From contig JASGHG010000001.1 in NCBI GenBank assembly GCA_047602425.1, positions 4,032,001-4,096,000 of the forward strand: 64,000 nt of DNA. The letters are read 5' to 3'. The notes under the pieces were generated by a model. That model worked only from the letters and a program-made list of their open reading frames with translations, searched no databases and was not told the origin of the DNA. A program made the position numbers and the translations under genes. Each line of letters begins with the position of its first letter. Positions within the stretch are counted from its first letter, which is position 1. Source of the DNA: Nibricoccus sp. Its GTDB lineage: Bacteria > Verrucomicrobiota > Verrucomicrobiia > Opitutales > Opitutaceae. This document shows positions 57,529 to 64,000 of the stretch, piece by piece.

Positions 57529-58617
57529 ATGCCTCTCATCGACACGCTTCTCCAAATGATGCTCTCCCAGGGCGGTTCCGACCTGCACCTCGCCGTCGGC
57601 CTGCCGCCGAAAGCCCGTGTATCGGGTTCTCTGATACCGATCGGCGAAACGGCTGTGACTGCCGCGCAGATGGAAAAACTTTTGGAAGAAATCTGTCCAC
57701 CCCGGCGCTGGCGCGATTTTCTTGAGCACAAGGACCTGGATCTCGCCCACGAAATTCCCGGCGTGGCCCGTTTCCGCGCGAACTTTCTTTATAATCACTG
57801 GGGCCAGGCGGCGGTCTTTCGTCAGATCCCGACCAAGATTCTTTCCTTCGAGGAATTGAAACTTCCCGAAGTCCTCAAGGGCCTGTGCCATTTGCACGAA
57901 GGCCTCGTGCTCGTCACCGGTCCAACGGGTAGTGGTAAAAGCACTACGCTCGCGGCGATGATCGATTACATCAATACGCACCTCGCGCGCCACATCATCA
58001 CGATCGAAGACCCGATCGAATTCGTGCATCAGAACAAAAAGTCCGTCATCGTGCACCGTGAAGTGGGAGAGCACACCGCTTCCTTTGCCGACGCCTTGAA
58101 AGGCGCGATGCGACACGATCCCGATATCATTCTTCTCGGCGAAATGCGCGAATTGGAAACGATCAAGCTGGCGCTCAGCTGCGCCTCGATGGGCATGCTG
58201 GTCTTTGGCACGCTGCACACCAACAACGCTCCAAAAACCGTCGACCGCATCATCAACGCCTTTCCCGCTGAGGAACAAAATCAGGTCCGCACGATGCTTT
58301 CGAGCTGTCTGGCCGGCGTCGTTTCACAATTGCTCTGCAAGCGCATTCCGAAGGGCCGCGTTGCCGTGCACGAAATCCTGCTGCCGCACGAAGCGTTGCC
58401 GAACACGATTCGCACCGGGCAGATCGCCAATATCCGTCAGTTGATAGAGAGTGGTTCGGCTGAGGGCATGTGTTCGATGGATCAATGCCTGATGAGCCGC
58501 CTCAAGGAAGGCGTCATCGACGCGCACGAGGCCTTCATGAAGGCGGCCAACAAGAACCTGTTTGCCTCTCTGTTGCAGGCCGCACCGGGCGGGGCAGCGC
58601 CGGCGGCGCACGGATAG
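57529..58617 (+). CDS. pilT: Type IV pilus twitching-motility ATPase
   Basis: GSDLHL, GPTGSGKST, TIEDPIE, RHDPD, GEMR and GTLH motifs. Confidence 0.93.
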   Translation: MPLIDTLLQMMLSQGGSDLHLAVGLPPKARVSGSLIPIGETAVTAAQMEKLLEEICPPRRWRDFLEHKDLDLAHEIPGVARFRANFLYNHWGQAAVFRQIPTKILSFEELKLPEVLKGLCHLHEGLVLVTGPTGSGKSTTLAAMIDYINTHLARHIITIEDPIEFVHQNKKSVIVHREVGEHTASFADALKGAMRHDPDIILLGEMRELETIKLALSCASMGMLVFGTLHTNNAPKTVDRIINAFPAEEQNQVRTMLSSCLAGVVSQLLCKRIPKGRVAVHEILLPHEALPNTIRTGQIANIRQLIESGSAEGMCSMDQCLMSRLKEGVIDAHEAFMKAANKNLFASLLQAAPGGAAPAAHG

Positions 58618-58637
58618 GTTGTCCCAAACCGGCGGTT

Positions 58638-59636
58638 TTAGTCGCCGAGTTTTTTGCCCGGGACCATGTAGCCCTGCACGTAGTCGCGCACGGCTTCGGA
58701 GAGCGGGGTGAGCGGTTTGGCGTAGCCCGTGTCGCGAAGTTTGGAGATGTCGGCTTTGGTATAGTACTGGTATTTGCCGCGGAGAATTTCGGGCATCTCG
58801 ATAAACTCGATCTGGGGCTCGCGGCCGAGCGCGGCAAAAATTGCGCGCGACAGCGTGAGCCAGGTGTTGGCTTCTCCTGAACCGAGATTGTAGAGGCCGC
58901 CTGCGTTGGTCGCTGTCTCTGCGAAATGGATCGTCATTTCGATGGCGTCTTTCACGTAGAGAAAGTCGCGCATTTGTTCGCCGTCCTTGAACTCGGGTTT
59001 GTAGCTCTTGAAGAGGCGGACTTTGCCGGTGTCGATGATCTGCTGGAAGGCCTTGTTGACGAGGCTGCGCATGTCGCCCTTGTGATCCTCGTTGGGGCCA
59101 TAGACGTTGAAATATTTCACGCCGACAATCGAGTTGAGGAAACCCTCACGCTGGGCGTAAAGGTCGAAGAGGTGCTTCGAATAGCCATACATGTTGAGCG
59201 GACGAAGCGCGGCGAGATTGGTGTTGCGATCATCCATACCCTGCGCGCCGTCACCATAGGTTGCGGCGGATGAGGCATAAATAAAACGCGCCTGTTGGGC
59301 GAGCGACCACGCGGCAAGCTCCTTGGTGTAGGCGAAATTGTTGTCGGCGAGGTATGAGGCGTTTTTTTCGGTCGTGGCCGAACAAGCGCCGAGATGGAAA
59401 ACGGCGGAAAATTTGCCGAAGGCGCCGGGCTGCGTGGCAATGCGCTGGCGAAAAGGCCCGGCCTCAACGTAGTCGGCGTACTTCAGCGGAACGAGATTCT
59501 TCCATTTTTCGTCCTGACCGAGAATGTCGGAAATGACGATATTGGTAAGTCCACGGCTATTGAGAGCCCAGACGAGGGCACTGCCGATGAAGCCGGCGCC
59601 ACCAGTAACAAGAATGCGTCCATTGAGATTGCTCAT
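58638..59636 (-). CDS. hldD: ADP-L-glycero-D-manno-heptose 6-epimerase
   Basis: GGAGFIGS, GACSATTE, YASSAATYG, PLNMYGYSK and YQYYTKAD motifs. Confidence 0.95.
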   Translation of the reverse strand: MSNLNGRILVTGGAGFIGSALVWALNSRGLTNIVISDILGQDEKWKNLVPLKYADYVEAGPFRQRIATQPGAFGKFSAVFHLGACSATTEKNASYLADNNFAYTKELAAWSLAQQARFIYASSAATYGDGAQGMDDRNTNLAALRPLNMYGYSKHLFDLYAQREGFLNSIVGVKYFNVYGPNEDHKGDMRSLVNKAFQQIIDTGKVRLFKSYKPEFKDGEQMRDFLYVKDAIEMTIHFAETATNAGGLYNLGSGEANTWLTLSRAIFAALGREPQIEFIEMPEILRGKYQYYTKADISKLRDTGYAKPLTPLSEAVRDYVQGYMVPGKKLGD

Positions 59637-59759
59637 GAGTCAGCCTCTACGCGTGGCGCAGAACAGGCGGCGGGGCAAGCCGCGAGCGCAGCCCTATTTT
59701 TGGCCGCTGACTCGGTGCTGTTCGATCTTGAGAAGTAAAACTGGCCGCTAACTTCGTCC

Positions 59760-61313
59760 TTATCGGCGATTTGCCGTTTGAAGCGGCATAGAGCGTTTCG
59801 GTTGGTTTGGCTTGGTAGGTGCGAAGAAGGTTGTGGCCTTGGCGCCGGACGCGGTGGCCTCTGATGAGGCGTTGGCTCTGGCGCCGTGGACCAGGATTTC
59901 CAACTCGGCGACGAGTTCGTGCAGGCTGTCGGCCTGGGCGTTGAGTTCCTCGCTGGCGGACGCGTTTTCCTCGGCGTTGGCCGCGTTGGCCTGGGTGACC
60001 TTGTCCATTTGGGTCACGGCAGTCAGGACTTGGTCGAGCCCGTTCTTTTGTTCATTCGAAGCGGTGGCGATTTCCGCGATAAATGTATCCACTTTCCTGA
60101 CACGCTCGACGATCGCATTGAGATTCTTTTCGACCTGCGCGCTCAGGGAGGCGCCGTGCTGGCCTTTGCTCATGGAATCCTCAATCAGGCGCGCGGTTTC
60201 CTTGGCGGATTCGGCGCTGCGGTGGGCGAGCGAGCGAACTTCGTCGGCGACGACCGCGAAACCGGCACCGGCCTCACCGGCGCGTGCGGCCTCGACCGCC
60301 GCGTTGAGAGCCAGGAGATTGGTTTGGAAAGCGATGTCATCGATTGTGTGGATGACTTTGCCGATATTTTTGCTGGAGGCCTCGATCGCGGTCATCGCGG
60401 AGCTGAGCGCGCTCATGCTGCTGGCACCTTCCTCGGCGACGTTGCGGGCTTCGGTCGCAGACTGCTGCGCTTGAAGCGCGTTCTCGGCATTGCGCTTGGT
60501 CATGCTGGAAATTTCCTCCAACGAAGAACTACTTTCCTCGAGCGAAGCGGCCTGTTCGCTGGCGCCTTCAGCGAGGCTTTGGCTGGAGCCGGAGACTTGT
60601 CCGGCGGCGGCTGTGATTTGTATCGCGCCATCGCTCAGGGAATCGGCAATGGTTCGCACTGCCCGGCTGAGGGAGAAGGCGGTCACCAAGGCGGCGATCA
60701 CGCCGGCGACGATCGCGATCACCACTGCGGTAATCGAAAGAGCCGAGGCTTGTGAAATAGAAAGGAGGCTCGCGTCGCGTAGGCGGCGGCCATTGCGAAT
60801 GTTGAATTGCAGAAGGTCGGTGAGTGCTTTTTGGAACGCATTGAACGAGGGGCGCAATTTCGCCTGGTTGAGTTCTTTGGCTTCAGCAGTTTTTCCCGCG
60901 CGACTCAGGGCGAGCACACTGTCGCGATTTTTCGAGTATTCCTGGCGCGCAGCGGTGACCAATTTGAAGAGCTCTCGATCTTCGGCCTGATGGATAGAGG
61001 CATCGTAGCCAGTCATGAGCCCGGAGTTTTTGTTCATGTATTCTTCGATCTGGCGGTCGAAGTCGGCTTTTTCGGTGGCCGATTCACTGCCGAGATGGCG
61101 AAGCACGTTGATTTGAATCATCCCGGCGTTGGTGAGAATCTGTGACAACGTTTCCATGCCAGGCAAAGTGTCCTCAGAAATCTCGGTGATGTTCGCTTTG
61201 ATCGAACGAAGAAGAAGGGGCGTGGCGACGCCGCCCGCTGAGGCGAGCACGAGAACGATTGCGAAGCCGATTAGGATGCGTTGCGTGAGAGAAAAATGGC
61301 GCGTGAGAGACAT
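59760..61313 (-). CDS. Methyl-accepting chemotaxis protein with four-helix-bundle sensor
   Basis: Two TM segments; [34 protein letters not shown] signalling motif. Confidence 0.96.
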   Translation of the reverse strand: MSLTRHFSLTQRILIGFAIVLVLASAGGVATPLLLRSIKANITEISEDTLPGMETLSQILTNAGMIQINVLRHLGSESATEKADFDRQIEEYMNKNSGLMTGYDASIHQAEDRELFKLVTAARQEYSKNRDSVLALSRAGKTAEAKELNQAKLRPSFNAFQKALTDLLQFNIRNGRRLRDASLLSISQASALSITAVVIAIVAGVIAALVTAFSLSRAVRTIADSLSDGAIQITAAAGQVSGSSQSLAEGASEQAASLEESSSSLEEISSMTKRNAENALQAQQSATEARNVAEEGASSMSALSSAMTAIEASSKNIGKVIHTIDDIAFQTNLLALNAAVEAARAGEAGAGFAVVADEVRSLAHRSAESAKETARLIEDSMSKGQHGASLSAQVEKNLNAIVERVRKVDTFIAEIATASNEQKNGLDQVLTAVTQMDKVTQANAANAEENASASEELNAQADSLHELVAELEILVHGARANASSEATASGAKATTFFAPTKPNQPKRSMPLQTANRR

Positions 61314-61349
61314 GGCAGGTCGGTGAAAAAGATTGGAATGGTCGCATGT

Positions 61350-61376
61350 TCTTCGGCCGCATCCCTTGGAACTTGA
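61350..61376 (-). promoter_or_regulatory. Putative sigma-28 (FliA) promoter of the MCP gene
   Basis: Minus strand TCAA-N15-GCCGAAGA versus consensus TAAA-N15-GCCGATAA; 36 nt upstream of the ATG. Confidence 0.6.
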
Positions 61377-61499
61377 GCAAGTCCCAACCGAAAAATTACT
61401 CTTGTAGTTGTCCAGTAGGAATTAAAGTGCCCCTATAAATCCCGCTATTAACAATGCGCCGCAGCTGTAGTGGTAAAACGACTACAAATACCTTGCCGT

Positions 61500-61943
61500 T
61501 CACCCTGCCGATGCATCCATGCGGGCTTGCAGGTCCTTGATAAATTCGGCGCGCTCTTTGGGCGAAATGAGACGAACGCCATCATCGAGCACAATTTTAA
61601 CGCGGTTGAGCGAGAGCGCTGGGGCATTCCAGATGCTGCAGGAGAATTCGAGGCGTCTGATCTTGTTGTACGGAACGTCGGCCTGAAAAATGCCGCACTG
61701 AATGTTAAGCTCGCGCTCCCTGAGCGTGTAGCGGCAGGGAATGGAAAACATCGCGATCAACGCGGCGAGAGCGAGGCCGAAACCGAACAACACGAAACCG
61801 ACAGCTTTGCCGACGGTAGCATGCCACTGCAGCAAATGAAGGCCGAAACCGATGCTTGCGCCCGTGAAGATGAAGGCGAGCGGCAGGCCGATCAGAAAGA
61901 GGGCAAGCCAGAGATCGACGGCGGATTTGTAGGTTTTAACCAC
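61500..61943 (-). CDS. Bacterial PH-domain membrane protein
   Basis: YKSAVDLWL, two TM segments, APALSL.R and ISPK...FI motifs. Confidence 0.8.
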   Translation of the reverse strand: MVKTYKSAVDLWLALFLIGLPLAFIFTGASIGFGLHLLQWHATVGKAVGFVLFGFGLALAALIAMFSIPCRYTLRERELNIQCGIFQADVPYNKIRRLEFSCSIWNAPALSLNRVKIVLDDGVRLISPKERAEFIKDLQARMDASAG

Positions 61944-61947
61944 GGGG

Positions 61948-62418
61948 TCAGAGCCAGCGTCGGACGCTTTTCTGGTAATTGACGTACACTGGGCCGAACT
62001 TGGCGGCGAGGTATTTTTCTTCGCGTAAAATCACCCCAAAGTGCAAAATGCTCGCGAGGACCGCAGTCATGACCAGCGGCATTAGCCAGCAGAGTAACAA
62101 CGCGATGCCGGCATGAAGCAGGCAAAGCGCGAGGTACATCGGGTTGCGGGTGAAGCGATAAGGGCCGGAGGCGACTATCGCGAGCGTCGGTTTGGTCGGA
62201 AGGATGTTGGTGCCCGCCTTGTTCATTGCCGAACGGGCTGAACCCGCTAAAAATCCGGCCAACATCACGAGCGCGCCGCCCAAAATGCGGAAGGGCAGGT
62301 GCGGAGTCAGCGTAACAGCTGCCAACCAATGAAGCGCCAGACCGGTCAGAAGACAGAAAAGAAAAATCAGCGGAGGGTAGGTGATAACTCCGGGATGGTC
62401 CTGCTCAGGCGCGGTCAT
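61948..62418 (-). CDS. Isoprenylcysteine carboxyl methyltransferase family protein
   Basis: GPYRFTRNPMY and EEKYL..KFG..Y..Y...VRRW motifs. Confidence 0.92.
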   Translation of the reverse strand: MTAPEQDHPGVITYPPLIFLFCLLTGLALHWLAAVTLTPHLPFRILGGALVMLAGFLAGSARSAMNKAGTNILPTKPTLAIVASGPYRFTRNPMYLALCLLHAGIALLLCWLMPLVMTAVLASILHFGVILREEKYLAAKFGPVYVNYQKSVRRWL

Positions 62419-62451
62419 GGTCTTTGGCGTAACCTGACGGCCACGGATTGA

Positions 62452-63255
62452 TCAGGCGTCCTTTGAAAGCTCCTCGGAACGCTTGGTGGCGGCGAGGACG
62501 GTTTCGGCGATGATGGCGCGGAACTTGTGCGCCTCCATGCGCATGAGTCCGGCGTAGGTGGTTCCGTTTGGCGATGTTACCTGGTTTCGCAATTCCTCGG
62601 CCTCGACGGTGCTTTGTTCGAGAAGTTTGGCGGCGCCGAGAATGGTTTCGTAGGCGAGGAGCTTGGCGGTGTCGCGGTCGAGTCCCACGGCGATTCCGCC
62701 TTCACGAAGGGCAGCGGCAAACTCAAACACGTAAGCCGGTCCGCTGCCGCTCAGACCGGTGACGGCGTCAATCTGGTCCTCGCGCAAGCCGACCATTTTG
62801 CCGAGCGCACCGAGGATGAGATCGACGATTTTCTGGTCGCCCGCGGTGAGAGGCTGCAGCGAGCACCAACCGGTAACGCCCGCGCCGATCTGGCCGGGAG
62901 TATTGGGCATGGCGCGGACGAGATTGCGGGCCTTCGGAAAAACTTTTGCGAGCGTGCCGAGGCGTTTGCCGGCGAGAATGGAGAGCACGAGTTTGCCGGC
63001 GGTGAGTTCGGCGAGGCGTGGATCAAGAGAAGCCAGCTGCTGGGGTTTGCAGGCGAGCACGATCGCATCGGCGCCGCCAAGAAGTTTCACAAGATCGTCT
63101 TGGTGATTGATGCCGGTTTTGGCGGAGAGCTGACGCGCGGTGTCGTCGGGACCGCTGGTGCAGGCAACGTCAGCGGGACGGACGCCTTTGCCAAGAATAC
63201 CACCGACCATGGCCGAGGCCATGCGGCCGGCACCGAGAAATGCGATTTTGCTCAT
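62452..63255 (-). CDS. proC: Pyrroline-5-carboxylate reductase
   Basis: GAGRMA, CKPQ, RAMPNTP, SGSGPAY and VTSPNGTT motifs. Confidence 0.97.
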   Translation of the reverse strand: MSKIAFLGAGRMASAMVGGILGKGVRPADVACTSGPDDTARQLSAKTGINHQDDLVKLLGGADAIVLACKPQQLASLDPRLAELTAGKLVLSILAGKRLGTLAKVFPKARNLVRAMPNTPGQIGAGVTGWCSLQPLTAGDQKIVDLILGALGKMVGLREDQIDAVTGLSGSGPAYVFEFAAALREGGIAVGLDRDTAKLLAYETILGAAKLLEQSTVEAEELRNQVTSPNGTTYAGLMRMEAHKFRAIIAETVLAATKRSEELSKDA

Positions 63256-63293
63256 GAGGAAATACGGATGTTAAGGAAAGTGCAGAAGATGCT

Positions 63294-63376
63294 GAACGCT
63301 TAACTCTCAACGCTGAACGTTCAAGTGCGGAGACGGGGCGAAGTAGTGGCCACAAAAAGCGCAGAAGACGCGAAAA
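63294..63376 (+). repeat. Short degenerate 7-mer and 9-mer tandem repeats
   Basis: GAACGCT-TAACTCT-CAACGCT-GAACGTT, then GCCACAAAA-AGCGCAGAA-GACGCGAAA. Confidence 0.5.
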
Positions 63377-63406
63377 CGAGCGAGCGGGGCGGGCAAGCGA
63401 CGCTGG

Positions 63407-63715
63407 TCACTTCGCTTTACGCGGCAGGCTCAAGGTTGCTCCGTGCAGGACGATGAACACAAATACGGCAGTCATTAACAATGCTTCGACGGCGCACGTT
63501 TCTAGGCTGTGTTTTCTCCATCCGAAAAAATAGAGTGCGAAGGCACCCCAGCTCCCGATCAGGAAATAAAGGTTGGAGCGGAAGCTGCGTTTGAACCGGG
63601 AAATCCATGGCTCACCGCTGGGATTCGCTTTCCTGCGTTCGTATTCCTCAATGCCGAAGTACAGGCCGATGCAACCAAGGACGAGGGACGCGAAAACTAA
63701 GTTCATAACCGGCAC
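63407..63715 (-). CDS. Hypothetical 3-TM membrane protein
   Basis: 102-aa ORF with three hydrophobic segments, abutting the kinase gene. Confidence 0.55.
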   Translation of the reverse strand: MPVMNLVFASLVLGCIGLYFGIEEYERRKANPSGEPWISRFKRSFRSNLYFLIGSWGAFALYFFGWRKHSLETCAVEALLMTAVFVFIVLHGATLSLPRKAK

Positions 63716-64000
63716 TCAATCCGCCGAAGCGTGAGGCTTCTTGGCGACGGGGTGGACGAGGATGGCGACGCTGCCGCCGCCTTCGCGGTCGGTCATGGTG
63801 ACGTCTCCGCCCATGTTACGGAGGGCGTGGCGCGCGACGGTTAGGCCCATGCCGACGCCGACCGTTTGTTTGGTGCTGATAAATGGTTCGAACATGTGGT
63901 CGCGGATCTCGGGGTCGATGCCATTGCCCTGGTCCTCGACCCGAATTTCCACCGCCTGCGATCCGCCGGGGAGTTCGACCAATTTTGTGCGGAGCACGAT
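63716..64000 (-). CDS. Sensor histidine kinase, C-terminal HATPase domain (truncated by window end)
   Basis: DQGNGI (G1 box), FEPFISTK (F box), GVGMGL (G2 box). Confidence 0.9.
   Translation of the reverse strand: MVLRTKLVELPGGSQAVEIRVEDQGNGIDPEIRDHMFEPFISTKQTVGVGMGLTVARHALRNMGGDVTMTDREGGGSVAILVHPVAKKPHASAD

Noticed and set aside
1..64000. tRNA, rRNA, tmRNA, RNase P, prophage, IS element or anti-phage defence island
   Set aside because: No diagnostic sequence or protein motifs were recognised; the dCMP deaminase and metallophosphoesterase sit in housekeeping contexts without defence partners

Overview
A GC-rich bacterial chromosomal segment, most consistent with an Opitutaceae member (Verrucomicrobiota); this is inferred from gene content and the style of the TonB-dependent receptor. 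It is mostly core housekeeping DNA: purH, rpmJ/rpmE2, uvrB, hpt, the rpmF-plsX-fabH-bamD-lptE-rpe run, uppP, trpD-glmM, argA, aroQ, dCMP deaminase, yqgE, two PilT ATPases, hldD and proC. Accessory genes are interspersed: a protealysin-emfourin pair, a TMTC-like GT-C/TPR protein, a large TonB-dependent receptor, an ECF sigma factor, a split Fe3+-type ABC transporter, a GH28 and an MCP. I found no rRNA, tRNA, CRISPR-Cas, transposase or integrase. The most interesting signals lie between the genes or in ORFs too small for the track: (1) a family of 21-bp TTGTCA-N9-TGACAA palindromes arrayed with ~80-bp periodicity at two loci, plus one inside a 53-bp hairpin; (2) a self-terminated 26-aa, 50%-Lys histone-like microprotein; (3) a structured ~180-nt intergenic RNA candidate with 6S-like features; (4) an integron-cassette-like orphan gene after uvrB; (5) a 21/42-nt tandem repeat next to a REP cluster; (6) a PilT with a degenerate MshEN-like N-terminal domain; (7) TonB-box-like motifs in barrel-less secreted proteins together with an unanchored TonB C-terminal domain. 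None of these is proven to be a new system from the sequence alone.
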